64,000 bases of DNA from Bacteroidota bacterium (GTDB taxonomy: Bacteria; Eisenbacteria; RBG-16-71-46; SZUA-252). Positions 9,186 to 18,816 of the stretch are shown here, piece after piece. The DNA lies in assembly GCA_050257045.1 (NCBI GenBank), contig JBLMWD010000093.1:21242-85241 (forward strand), given 5' to 3'. The number at the start of each line of letters is the position of its first letter. Positions within the stretch are counted from its first letter, which is position 1. The translations under genes and the position numbers were made by a program. Under the pieces are notes generated by a model that searched no databases, was not told the origin of the DNA, and was given only the letters and a program-made list of their open reading frames with translations.

Positions 9186-10990
9186 CGGCTCGCCTCGCTC
9201 GCCGTGGCCGCTCCGCCCGCCGGCGGTCCGTCCGCCTTCGCCGGACCCAGCTTCACCGCGTCGAGCCGCGCCGGCACCACGCGCACCGGCACCGAGGCCC
9301 GCATCCGCTCCACCTGACTCAGCACCCATTCGTTTTCCTTCTCCTCGCGCCAATCGCGCCGCACGCGATCGATCGCTTCATCCAGGGTCATGGGACGCGC
9401 GGGCTCGCGCGCGAGAACGTGCGCGACCGCGTACCCCTGCGCGGTGCGCACCACCGGGGACGTCCGGCCGGGAACGAGACTCCGCATCGCCATCGCGAGC
9501 GGATCGGAGTCGCCGGCCCGGAAGAGGATCGTCGCGGCATGCTGCGGAAAGAGCGTCTGCGCGGTCGCGCGCGACTGCTCCTCGAAGCCGAGCGCCTTCA
9601 GGGACGAGTCGGAGATCCCGATCCCGTTCCAGGCGCGAAGCGACACGAGCGCGCTCTCCCGATCGGCGAACACGGCCACGCGCGCCCGGAGGCCGGCCGG
9701 CAGCTTGTAGCGCGAAGCGTTCGCCTCGAAGTAGGCGCGAAGCGCCGAGCCGTCGGGATCGGGCGGCCGCTCGCGCGCCACCATCGCGTCGACGGCCGTG
9801 CCGTCGCGGATCAGCCGGAGCTCGTGCGCCACGCGCGGGTCGTCGGCGAGGCCGCGGTCCTTGGCGTCGCGCACGAGGAGGCGTCGGAAGAAGGCCTGGG
9901 CCTCGAGCTGCCGGAGCGCCTGCTCGTCGGCGATCCGGATCCTGCCCCCGGCGCCCGCCGCGGGATGGGTCTCCCGGATCAGGTCGACGAACGTGAGCGA
10001 GTCGCCGTCGATGCGCGCGAGCACGCCGAGCGCCGGATGAACGCCGCGGCGGGGACGCTTCCCGTCCGGACCGAGCGAGGCCAGTATCGAATCGGGCGAC
10101 TCGAGTCCGGCCGCGAAGATGACCGCGTGCGCCATCGTGGTGTCCATGACGAAGTGATACTGCTTCAGCAGTCGCTCCTGGTAGTCGTGGATCAGGTTCC
10201 GCTGGCGCTCCGCGCGGACCAGGGACCGGATCGAATCGTCGCTCAGGATCTGGAACCCGCCCACCTTGTAGATCTGGTGCCCGTACGTGCCCGAATAGGG
10301 GCCGAGCACGTCGCCCGGCTTGGCGGTCCGCGCCGCCGCGTAGGACTCGGGCTCGAGATCGCGGACGAGCACGGGCCCGAAGTGCCCTCCGTTTCCGCGA
10401 GTGGGATGCGCGCTCTTGATGCGCGCGACCGAGTCGAAGCGCGCGCCCTGCCGCAGGCGCGCCACGATCGCCTCGGCCTCCTTTCGGCGGGTCTGCCCGG
10501 GGTCGTCCTCGACGAGGATGAAGTGGAGATCCATCATCCGGTAGAGCCCGGAGCGCTTGAGGCTGTCCACCTCCGCGGCGGTCGGCTCGAGCGTCGGCGC
10601 GAGCACGCGCTGGTTGATCACGTCGAAAAGGTGCAGGTACTCCCGCTCGGCGATCCGCTGGCGAACCGCGGGCTCCTGCGCGATCCCGCGCCGCTCGGCC
10701 AGGGTGGCGAGGAGCTCCCGGTCGACGCAGCGGTCGAGGAGCTTGCGCCTCCACTGGGCCGGGCTCTTCTTGCGGAGGGGATCGTCGCCCAGGAGGGTCG
10801 CGGCCCGCTGGATGTCGATCGCCTCCACGGTCCGGTCGCCCACCGTGGCGATCGGGCCGCGCAAGGAGGGCGGAGGGGCGGCTCGGGAGGCTCCGGGAAG
10901 GGCGGCCAGGAGCAACACGAGCAGCGCCGCGGTGCGCGCCGGGGCCGCTCGCCGGGGCGCGAGCCGTGGTGTCCGGGTCTCGGGGTTCAT
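9182..10990 (-). CDS. Second SurA/PpiD-like periplasmic chaperone with a parvulin-type PPIase domain
   Basis: Track ORF trimmed to ATG 10990 (MNPETRTPRLAPRRAAPARTAALLVLLLAALPGASRA signal peptide). An alternative ATG lies at 11036. It has a SurA-N-like region and one PpiC domain (HFILVEDD...GPYSGTYGHQIYKV). Confidence 0.65.
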   Translation of the reverse strand: MNPETRTPRLAPRRAAPARTAALLVLLLAALPGASRAAPPPSLRGPIATVGDRTVEAIDIQRAATLLGDDPLRKKSPAQWRRKLLDRCVDRELLATLAERRGIAQEPAVRQRIAEREYLHLFDVINQRVLAPTLEPTAAEVDSLKRSGLYRMMDLHFILVEDDPGQTRRKEAEAIVARLRQGARFDSVARIKSAHPTRGNGGHFGPVLVRDLEPESYAAARTAKPGDVLGPYSGTYGHQIYKVGGFQILSDDSIRSLVRAERQRNLIHDYQERLLKQYHFVMDTTMAHAVIFAAGLESPDSILASLGPDGKRPRRGVHPALGVLARIDGDSLTFVDLIRETHPAAGAGGRIRIADEQALRQLEAQAFFRRLLVRDAKDRGLADDPRVAHELRLIRDGTAVDAMVARERPPDPDGSALRAYFEANASRYKLPAGLRARVAVFADRESALVSLRAWNGIGISDSSLKALGFEEQSRATAQTLFPQHAATILFRAGDSDPLAMAMRSLVPGRTSPVVRTAQGYAVAHVLAREPARPMTLDEAIDRVRRDWREEKENEWVLSQVERMRASVPVRVVPARLDAVKLGPAKADGPPAGGAATASEASR

Positions 10991-11060
10991 CGGGATGCGG
11001 GGCTGGTGGGTCTCCTGGGTAGCGCTGCTTTCCATCTGTACCCCGCCGGTGGCCCGGAGT

Positions 11061-14000
11061 TCACCCTCCGGCGGCTGGAAGAGGCAGGCGCGCAACGCTA
11101 TCAACGGGGCCGAGGGCCCGCAAGACCTTTGTCGCCAAGGAGACCGGGTCGTCGGGTTTGCGGATCCGCAGCGTCCGTGCCCCGGAGGCGAACTCGACCG
11201 GGAAGGGGACCTTGGGGACCAGCGCCACGATCCGCTCCCGCGGAAGGGGATCGTGGAGCTCGATTTCGACCCGATCGCGGGCGATCCGGAGCCGCTCCGC
11301 CCCGGCTTCCTTCCCGAGGATCCGGAGACCCTTCAGGGCGAGGAGGTGCTCGACCTCGTCAGGCACCGGCCCGAAGCGGTCGCGCAGCTCGGAGCGGAGC
11401 GCGTCCAGCGCCTCCAGGGTGCCGAGGGCGGCCATGCGCCGGTAGACGTCGAGCTTCTCGTCCCGGTCCTCCACGTACTCGTCGGGAACGAACGCGGGGA
11501 GCGGGCTCGAGACCTCGGGCTCGGGCCTCCGGTCGACCGGCGCGCCCTGCAGCTCCTGCACCACCTCGTCCACCATCCGGCAGTAGAGGTCGAAGCCGAC
11601 GCTCAGCATGTGGCCGTGCTGCTCGGGGCCGAGGAGATTCCCGGCGCCGCGGATCTCGAGGTCGCGCATCGCGATCATGAGTCCCGCCCCGAGCTCCTCG
11701 TGCTCGGCGATCACCCGGAGCCGCTTCTCCGCCTCCTCGGTCAGGACCTTCCCCGCGGGCACGAGGAGGTGGCAGAAGGCCTGGTGGTGCGAACGACCGA
11801 TCCGTCCGCGGAGCTGGTAGAGCTGCGCCAACCCGAGCGCGTCGGACCGGTTCACGAGCATGGTGTTCACCGTGGGGATGTCGAGCCCCGACTCGATGAT
11901 CATGGTCGAGACGAGGACGTCGGCCCGGCGCTCGAGGAAGTCGACCATCACCTTCTCGAGCTGGGTGTCGCGCATCTGCCCGTGCGCGACCACGACGCGG
12001 AGCTGCGGAACGACCTCCCGGACGTAGTGCGCCATCCGATCGATCGTCTCGACGCGGTTGTGCACGAAGAACGACTGCCCGCCGCGGTCTCCCTCGCGGA
12101 GGAGCGCCTCGCGCACCACGTCCTGGCTCATCTCCACGATCTCGGTCTTGATCGGATAGCGCCCGCGCGGCGGGGTGGTCATCACCGACATGTCGCGAGC
12201 GCCGAGGAGGCTCATGTGGAGCGTGCGCGGGATCGGCGTCGCGGTGAGGGTGAGCACGTCGACCGTCTCGACGAGCGATCGGATCCGCTCCTTCTGGGCC
12301 ACGCCGAAGCGCTGCTCCTCGTCGATCACGACGAGGCCGAGGTTCTTGAAGGCGACGTCCTTGGAGAGGAGCCGGTGCGTGCCGATCACGAGGTCGACCT
12401 CCCCGCTCGCGACCTTCGCGACCGTCTCCTTCTGCTCCTTCGGCGAGCGGAAGCGGCTCAGCATGTCCACCCGCACCGGGTAGTCGGCGAAGCGCTCGCT
12501 GAACGTGACGAAGTGCTGCTGCGCGAGCACGGTGGTGGGGACGAGGACCGCGACCTGGGTGCCGTCCTGGATCGCCTTGAACGCGGCGCGGATCGCCACC
12601 TCGGTCTTGCCGTAGCCGACGTCCCCGCAGATGAGCCGGTCCATCGGCCGGGGCGATTCCATGTCGCGCTTCACGTCTTCGACCGCCCGGAGCTGGTCGG
12701 GCGTCTCCTCGTAGATGAAGGACGACTCGAGCTCCCGCTGCCAGGGCGTGTCGGGGCCGAAGGCGCGGCCGGGCCGGGCCTTCCGGATCGCGTAGCTCCG
12801 GAGCAGGTCCTCGGCCATGTCCGCGATCGCCTTCCGCGTCTTCGCCTTCACGCGCGCCCACGTCGTGCCGCCGAGCCGGTGCACGGAAGGCGCGCGGCCC
12901 TCCTCGGCCGAGTAGCGCTCCACCATGCCGAGCTGTCCGATCGGCACGAAGAGGCGGTCGCCTCCCGCGTAGTCGATCTGCATGCACTCGGTCTCCTGCC
13001 CGTCGAGCGTGAGCGGCTTCAGCCCGCGGTAGATCCCGATGCCGTGGTCGAGGTGGACGACGTAGTCGCCGGGAGTCAGGGTGAGGAGCTCGCGCAGCGT
13101 CGCGGCCGACGGACGGAGCTTCCGGGCGCGGCGCCGGCGGTACCGGGCGAAGATCTCGTGGTCGGTGAAGACGGCGAGCTTCGCGCCCGGAAGGACGAAC
13201 CCCGCGCTCAGGTCGCCGACGTCGATCCCGCCGAGGTCGTCGCCGAGCAGCTCTTCGAGCCGTTCCGCCTGGCCGCGGTTGTCGCAGAGGATCATCCGCG
13301 TCATGCCGAGATCGCTCAGGCGCCGGAGCTCGGTGCGGAGGAGGTCGAGCTTCCGCCCGAACGAGGGCTGCGGGCGCGAGTCCAGCGTGACGACGTCGGG
13401 GCGCGACGCGCCCTCGCGCGTGGCGAGCGCCGCTTCGACGCGGCGCCGTTCGTGGATCCGATCGGCCGCGCGCGCCGGGGGATCGAAGAGCGACTCGCGC
13501 GGCGGCAGGTGGGGCGCCTTGCCCCGCGCCTCCTTCTCGAGGCGCTCGGCCTCGCGCTCCGCGTCCTCGAGCTCGCGAAGGACGGCGGCCGGCTCGTCGA
13601 CCCAGAGGAACGCGTCGGCCGGGAGGTGGTCGAGCACCGACCCGAGCGGGATGCCGAGGAGCGGGGCCGTCCATTCCATTCCCTCGAAGTAGATCCCCTC
13701 GGCCACGAGGTCGCGGATGCGGTCGGCCTCCGAGCCGCGCGGAGCCGAGGCGTCGTCGAGGGGACGTAGCCGCGCGTCGGCGTCCTCGGCGTAGAGGAGC
13801 TCCCGCGCCGGCGCGATGCGAACGGCGGGGATCGCGCCGGTCGAGCGCTGCGACGTGACGTCGAACGAGCGGAGCGAAGCGACCGTGTCGCCGTCGAACT
13901 CGACGCGCGCCGGGTGGTCCATCCCGGGGCCGAAGACGTCGACGATGCCTCCGCGGCGGCTCACCTCCCCCGACTCGCCGACCTCGGCCACGGAGCGGTA

Positions 14001-14531
14001 GCCCGCGAGCACCAGCTTGTGGAGGAGCGCCTCCGGCGCGATCGCGACGCCCGTGCGGATCTCCACGGCGCGGGAGCGGACGTGCGCCGGGGTCGGCACG
14101 AGACGATGGAGCGCGAGCGCGGGAATCACGGCGACCGGCGGATCGGGGTCGCCGAGGCGGAGGAAGGCGTGGATCCGGTCCTCGCGCACGGGCGCGGTCG
14201 CCACCTGGGCGCTCCAGGGGACCGTATCGTGCGGAGGGATGAAGACCACGCGGTCGGGTCCGAGGAGGAACGCGAGGTCGTCGTGCCATGCCTCGGCCCG
14301 GTCGAGGTCAGGGGCGATCACCGCGAGGCGCGTGCCCGGGCGGCGCGCGAGGAGCGCCGCCACCAGGGCCCCGGCGCTTCCGGCGACGCCGCGGAGCCGG
14401 ACCGATCCGCCGGACGACACCGCCGTGAGGCGTTCGCCCAGCTCGCGGACGCGCGGGTGCGTTCCGCCCGCCTCGAGAAGGCGGGCGGCGACGGGGGACG
14501 GCTCGGTCGGGTTCGGCTCGCGCAGGCTCAT
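11061..14531 (-). CDS. mfd: Transcription-repair coupling factor
   Basis: Track ORF of 1156 aa with a UvrB-homology N-terminus, a CarD-like/TRG region and an SF2 helicase core (GDVGYGKTEVA, DEEQRFG, TATPIPRT). Confidence 0.9.
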   Translation of the reverse strand: MSLREPNPTEPSPVAARLLEAGGTHPRVRELGERLTAVSSGGSVRLRGVAGSAGALVAALLARRPGTRLAVIAPDLDRAEAWHDDLAFLLGPDRVVFIPPHDTVPWSAQVATAPVREDRIHAFLRLGDPDPPVAVIPALALHRLVPTPAHVRSRAVEIRTGVAIAPEALLHKLVLAGYRSVAEVGESGEVSRRGGIVDVFGPGMDHPARVEFDGDTVASLRSFDVTSQRSTGAIPAVRIAPARELLYAEDADARLRPLDDASAPRGSEADRIRDLVAEGIYFEGMEWTAPLLGIPLGSVLDHLPADAFLWVDEPAAVLRELEDAEREAERLEKEARGKAPHLPPRESLFDPPARAADRIHERRRVEAALATREGASRPDVVTLDSRPQPSFGRKLDLLRTELRRLSDLGMTRMILCDNRGQAERLEELLGDDLGGIDVGDLSAGFVLPGAKLAVFTDHEIFARYRRRRARKLRPSAATLRELLTLTPGDYVVHLDHGIGIYRGLKPLTLDGQETECMQIDYAGGDRLFVPIGQLGMVERYSAEEGRAPSVHRLGGTTWARVKAKTRKAIADMAEDLLRSYAIRKARPGRAFGPDTPWQRELESSFIYEETPDQLRAVEDVKRDMESPRPMDRLICGDVGYGKTEVAIRAAFKAIQDGTQVAVLVPTTVLAQQHFVTFSERFADYPVRVDMLSRFRSPKEQKETVAKVASGEVDLVIGTHRLLSKDVAFKNLGLVVIDEEQRFGVAQKERIRSLVETVDVLTLTATPIPRTLHMSLLGARDMSVMTTPPRGRYPIKTEIVEMSQDVVREALLREGDRGGQSFFVHNRVETIDRMAHYVREVVPQLRVVVAHGQMRDTQLEKVMVDFLERRADVLVSTMIIESGLDIPTVNTMLVNRSDALGLAQLYQLRGRIGRSHHQAFCHLLVPAGKVLTEEAEKRLRVIAEHEELGAGLMIAMRDLEIRGAGNLLGPEQHGHMLSVGFDLYCRMVDEVVQELQGAPVDRRPEPEVSSPLPAFVPDEYVEDRDEKLDVYRRMAALGTLEALDALRSELRDRFGPVPDEVEHLLALKGLRILGKEAGAERLRIARDRVEIELHDPLPRERIVALVPKVPFPVEFASGARTLRIRKPDDPVSLATKVLRALGPVDSVARLPLPAAGG

Positions 14532-14534
14532 GCT

Positions 14535-16643
14535 CTACCGTTCTAGGACGCGCGCGCTCCCGAGGAGGATTTCGCCGATCAGGGCGAACCCGGCCAGCAC
14601 GAGGAGCGGGAGCCAGAGCTCCCGGCCGCGGCGGGTATCGCCGAGCCGGGTGAGGAGCGCCGTTCGGGTCGGGAGCGAGAGGACCGGCGCGCCGTTCGGC
14701 CCCGCGGCGTCCGCCTTCAGCGAGTCCTCGGGAACCGCCGCGAGATCGCTCTCCACGGGATCGGGGTTCACGGCCACGGTGGCGATCGGGCGCCCTCCCG
14801 CCTCGAACGTGTAGAAGCCGGGCGCCGGCGCGGGCGCGTCGGCGACGGCGCGGAATCCGGCCCCTTCGTTTTCGATCGCAGCCGGAGAAGTGAAGCCGGC
14901 CGGTCCGCGCGCCGCCACCGCGCCGGACGGCGCGGTCTCGAGGTGCGCGTAGGGACGCTCCCCCACGCGCGGCTCGACGGCGGCGCCCGCGCCGGCCGCG
15001 CGCGCCGCATAGGCCACGAGACCGCGCACGAGGGGGACGAAGGCTCCCGAGTACGGGAGATCGCCCCAGTCGTCCGCGAGCGAGGAGAGGAAGACGGCGA
15101 CCGAGGGGGCGGCGACGACGAGCGGGAGGCCGCCCGAGGTCTGCACGACGACCTCGGCGCGCGAGGAGAGGGTGCGGCCCCGGATCAACCCCGAGAGGCG
15201 CGCCTGGGTGAGCGGCGACCCGACGCCCACGGCGAGCCCTTCGAGGATCGGATGGCCGGGGAGCCGCGCGCGCAGCTCGAACGCCGAGCCCTCGGCGGCG
15301 CGCTCGGGCTGGGCGAGCGCCACGTCGACGACGCCCGGGAAGAGACGGTGCGTGTAGTAGTCGGGGTCGGCGTGGGACCCGAGCGCCACGACGAGGCCGC
15401 CCCCCTCCTTCACGTAGCCCTTCAGCCTGGACTCGGCGTCGGTGGAGAGCGAGGCGACGTCGTCGAGGACCACCACGTCGGCGCGCGACTTCGTGAGGTC
15501 GAGGAGCGCGTTGGGCCCCGCGGTCTCGACGGAGAAGCCGGACGAGCCGTCCCCGGCCGGATCGAGCGCGAGCGCGGCGAAGCGCGGCGGCGGTTCCCCG
15601 CCGCGCGGCTCCGCGATCCGGAGCACGCGCAGACGCCTCGGCGCGCCGAGCACGGCGTACCAGCGGTCGTCGATCGGGAGGGCGTCCTCGTCCTCCTCGG
15701 CGACGACCGGGATCGAGGACGCGGAAACGGCGCCCGGCTCGAGCGCCATCGAGACCCAGCGCACCTCGCCGGCCCGGAGGGTCGCGTCGCCGCCTCCGAT
15801 CAGCGCCTCGCCGCGGCGGATCCGGAGCGCGAGCCGGTCGGAGGGGCCGTCCGCGTAGTTCACGAGCCGCGCGCGCATCTCGAGCCCGCGTCCCTCGGGA
15901 CCGGGGCGCGTCATCGGGTCGACCGCGGTGAAGGCATGGTTCGGCGTCCGCCCCTCGGAGACGGGAAGCAGGATCACGCGGATCCCCGACGTCGCCGCCT
16001 GCGCGATCTCGCGGCGCGCCTCGGGGGTGAGGCTCGTGCGCTGCATGTCGCTGATCACGTAGAGCTCCCGCGCCTTGAGCGCGCTCCGCCCGAGCGCCAG
16101 GCGGAGGGAGTGGAGCGCGGTCTCCAGGCGCGCGGGGAGCGCCTGCGCCACGATCCGCTCGATCGAGCGGCGGAGCCGCACGCGGTCGCGGGCGCGGCCG
16201 GCCTCCGCCTCCTCGGGGCGCGTCGCGCGCGCCAGGTAGAGCTCGTCCCCCGCGCGCCCGGCGTCCGCGATCGCGAGCGCGCGCGCGACCGCCTCGTCCA
16301 TCCGCGGCTTCGCCCGTTCGTCGAGCGCCGACATGCTCTCGGAATCGTCGAGCAGGATCCCGACCGCGGCGGCCGCGTGCGTCACGGCGCCGCGCGGCGC
16401 GAGGGATGGGCGCGCGAAGCCGAGCACGAAGAGGAGGAGCGCGAGCGTGCGGAGGAGGAGGAGCAGGATCTCGCGCAGGCGGAGCCGGCGGATCTCGCGC
16501 GGCTCGAGCGCGCGCAGGAACTGCGTGGTCGGGAAGCGGATCTCAGGGAGCCGGCGACGGCTCAGCAGGTGGATCAGGATCGGGATCGACGCGGCCGGCA
16601 GCGCCCAGAGGAACGCCGGGTTCAGGAAGGAGAGGGTCGGCAT
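14535..16643 (-). CDS. BatA-like aerotolerance-type protein with an N-terminal double-transmembrane domain (DUF4159-like)
   Basis: Track ORF of 702 aa. Its N-terminus MPTLSFLNPAFLWALPAASIPILIHLL matches the TIGR02226-type double-TM motif. It is the third gene of a MoxR-DUF58 operon. Confidence 0.7.
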   Translation of the reverse strand: MPTLSFLNPAFLWALPAASIPILIHLLSRRRLPEIRFPTTQFLRALEPREIRRLRLREILLLLLRTLALLLFVLGFARPSLAPRGAVTHAAAAVGILLDDSESMSALDERAKPRMDEAVARALAIADAGRAGDELYLARATRPEEAEAGRARDRVRLRRSIERIVAQALPARLETALHSLRLALGRSALKARELYVISDMQRTSLTPEARREIAQAATSGIRVILLPVSEGRTPNHAFTAVDPMTRPGPEGRGLEMRARLVNYADGPSDRLALRIRRGEALIGGGDATLRAGEVRWVSMALEPGAVSASSIPVVAEEDEDALPIDDRWYAVLGAPRRLRVLRIAEPRGGEPPPRFAALALDPAGDGSSGFSVETAGPNALLDLTKSRADVVVLDDVASLSTDAESRLKGYVKEGGGLVVALGSHADPDYYTHRLFPGVVDVALAQPERAAEGSAFELRARLPGHPILEGLAVGVGSPLTQARLSGLIRGRTLSSRAEVVVQTSGGLPLVVAAPSVAVFLSSLADDWGDLPYSGAFVPLVRGLVAYAARAAGAGAAVEPRVGERPYAHLETAPSGAVAARGPAGFTSPAAIENEGAGFRAVADAPAPAPGFYTFEAGGRPIATVAVNPDPVESDLAAVPEDSLKADAAGPNGAPVLSLPTRTALLTRLGDTRRGRELWLPLLVLAGFALIGEILLGSARVLER

Positions 16644-16657
16644 CTACCGCCGGCCGA

Positions 16658-17572
16658 TCACAGAAGTCGCGCGCGCTTGGAGAGGTACTCGAGGAGCGCG
16701 CGGTCGTACGGCTGGTCGGTGGTGAGCGGAACGTAGTCGGCGCGTTTCTCGATGCAGTACTGCCGGAGCGTGTCGCGCCATTCCCGCACGCGCGCTCGAT
16801 AGTCGCCCCGGAGCTCCTGGGGGCGCGTCGTGATCCGCTCGCCGCTCTCGAGGTCGACGTAGACCGCCTCGCGCTGGAAATCGAAGGAGACCTCGAGCGG
16901 GTCGAGGATGTGGAAGACCAGCACCTCGTGCTTGCGGTGGCGGAAATGATGGATCGCCTGGGCGATCCGCTCGGGATCGTCGAGGAGATCGGAGAGGATC
17001 ACCACCAGCCCGCGCTGGCTCAGCCGCTCGGCGAGCGAGTGGAGGGACGACGCGAAGTCGGTGCCTCCCCCGGGTACCAGCCGCTCGAGGAGGAGGAGCA
17101 TCGGGCGGAGGTGGCCCATCGTGGAGCGCGCGGGGATGTGCTCCCCGCGCCCCGCCGCGAACGCGTACATCCCCACCGCGTCGTTCTGCGTGAGCATGAG
17201 GTAGGCGAGCGCCGCCGCGAGCTGGCGCGCGTACTCGAGCTTCGTGAGCCCGTGCGAGCCGTAGCCCATGCTCGCGCTCGTGTCGACGAGGAGCGAGGCG
17301 CGGAGGTTCGTCTCCTCTTCGTACTGCTTCAGGTACTTGCGATCCGACTTGGCGAGCACCTTCCAGTCGAGGTGGCGGAGCGGATCGCCCGGCATGTACT
17401 GGCGGTGCTCGGCGAACTCCACGCTGAAGCCGTGGTAGGGGCTCCGGTGAAGCCCGGTGAGGAAGCCCTCCACCACGAGGCGCGCCTTCAAGTCGAGACG
17501 CGCGAGCTTGGAGACGAAGTGCGGATCGAGCAGCCGGATCCGGTCCGAGCCGCCGCGTGTCTGCTCGCTCAT
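16658..17572 (-). CDS. DUF58 domain protein (MoxR-associated, VWA-like)
   Basis: Track ORF of 304 aa immediately downstream of the MoxR ATPase. It carries conserved DUF58 motifs (HRSPYHGFSVEFAEHRQYMPGD, LDWKV). Confidence 0.8.
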   Translation of the reverse strand: MSEQTRGGSDRIRLLDPHFVSKLARLDLKARLVVEGFLTGLHRSPYHGFSVEFAEHRQYMPGDPLRHLDWKVLAKSDRKYLKQYEEETNLRASLLVDTSASMGYGSHGLTKLEYARQLAAALAYLMLTQNDAVGMYAFAAGRGEHIPARSTMGHLRPMLLLLERLVPGGGTDFASSLHSLAERLSQRGLVVILSDLLDDPERIAQAIHHFRHRKHEVLVFHILDPLEVSFDFQREAVYVDLESGERITTRPQELRGDYRARVREWRDTLRQYCIEKRADYVPLTTDQPYDRALLEYLSKRARLL

Positions 17573-17614
17573 CGTCGTTCGCTCGCCCGTGGCGCCGTGC
17601 CGGCCGCGGCCGGG

Positions 17615-18631
17615 CTAGGCGTGCTTCCCGTCGACGCTCGGCGTGGCTTCGAGGAGTTTCGCGATGATGTCGAGGCTCGAGATGCCGTCCGCCTCCGCGG
17701 TGAAGTTGGGAATGATGCGGTGCCGGAGGACGGCGGGCGCGACCGCCTTCACGTCGTCGGCGCTCGGCGTCGGACGGCCGCCCAGGGCCGCGCGGGCCTT
17801 CGCCCCGAGAACGAGGTACTGCGCGGCGCGCGGGCCCGCGCCCCACGAGACCCAGTCGCGGATGAACGGCGCGGCCCCCTCGCCCGGCCTCGAGGCGCGC
17901 GCGAGGCGGACCGCGTAGCGCACGACATGCTCGGAGACGGGGATCCGGCGGACCAGGCGCTGGAGCTCCTGGATCCGGTCCACCGAGAGCACCGTCTTCG
18001 GGTGCGCCTCATAGGCGCTCGTCGTGTTCGTCACGATCTGCTCCTCCTCGGCGTCGCTCGGATAGCCGACCGAGATGTGGAACATGAAGCGGTCGAGCTG
18101 CGCCTCGGGCAGCGGGTAGGTCCCCTCGAACTCGATCGGGTTCTGCGTCGCGAGGACGAAGAACGGGAGCGCGAGCGGGTAGGTCGTTCCGCCCGCGGTC
18201 ACGCGGTACTCCTGCATGGCCTGCAGGAGCGCGGCCTGGGTCTTCGGCGGCGTGCGGTTGATCTCGTCGGCGAGGACCACGTTCGCGAAGATCGGCCCGT
18301 GGATGAACTTGAACGCGCGGCGCCCCGTGCCGGCCTCCTCCTCGAGGATCTCCGTCCCGGTGATGTCCGACGGCATGAGGTCGGGGGTGAACTGGATCCG
18401 GCTGAACTGGAGGTCCAGGATCGAGGCGAGCGTCGAGACGAGGAGCGTCTTTGCGAGCCCCGGCACCCCGACGATGAGACAGTGGCCGTTCGCGAAGAGG
18501 ACGGTCAGGATCTGCTCCACGACGACGTCCTGCCCGACGATCACCTTCCGCAGCTCGGTCAGGATCTCGGACCGCGCCCGGCTCAGCTCTTCGAGCAGCC
18601 GGACGTCGCCGGTTGCCGTGGATTGCGTCAT
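17615..18631 (-). CDS. MoxR-family AAA+ ATPase
   Basis: Track ORF of 338 aa with Walker A GVPGLAKT, Walker B LADEINR and the MoxR signature. An AGGAG SD lies 8 nt upstream of the ATG. Confidence 0.9.
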   Translation of the reverse strand: MTQSTATGDVRLLEELSRARSEILTELRKVIVGQDVVVEQILTVLFANGHCLIVGVPGLAKTLLVSTLASILDLQFSRIQFTPDLMPSDITGTEILEEEAGTGRRAFKFIHGPIFANVVLADEINRTPPKTQAALLQAMQEYRVTAGGTTYPLALPFFVLATQNPIEFEGTYPLPEAQLDRFMFHISVGYPSDAEEEQIVTNTTSAYEAHPKTVLSVDRIQELQRLVRRIPVSEHVVRYAVRLARASRPGEGAAPFIRDWVSWGAGPRAAQYLVLGAKARAALGGRPTPSADDVKAVAPAVLRHRIIPNFTAEADGISSLDIIAKLLEATPSVDGKHA

Positions 18632-18800
18632 GAATGGCTCCTGGGTGATGCGCCATGAAGGCGGGGCCCACTAAAAAGCCGCGCCGGTATGCTCCCTTTC
18701 GCGAAACGCCTGTGCATAACTGGCCCGGTGCTCGTCAATCGGCCAATCGCAAACTGCTGGTGCGGCGTCGGTTCACACGTTGTCCACCGAGAATACCGAG

Positions 18801-18809
18801 TTATCCACA
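18801..18809 (+). promoter_or_regulatory. Consensus DnaA box TTATCCACA 8 bp past the parB stop, in the moxR promoter region
   Basis: Exact 9/9 match to the DnaA box consensus. A related TTGTCCACC lies at 18779..18787. Confidence 0.5.
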
Positions 18810-18816
18810 ACGGGAC

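Noticed and set aside
10557-14289. 1070-aa (+) and 976-aa (-) ORFs overlapping mfd
   Set aside because: They are out-of-frame or antisense to an unambiguous Mfd. Their composition (R/G/A/P-rich, no motifs) is typical of high-GC spurious ORFs.
16406-18658. 750-aa plus-strand ORF antisense to the DUF58/MoxR genes
   Set aside because: The antisense frame has no motifs, while the minus-strand genes have clear Walker and DUF58 signatures.
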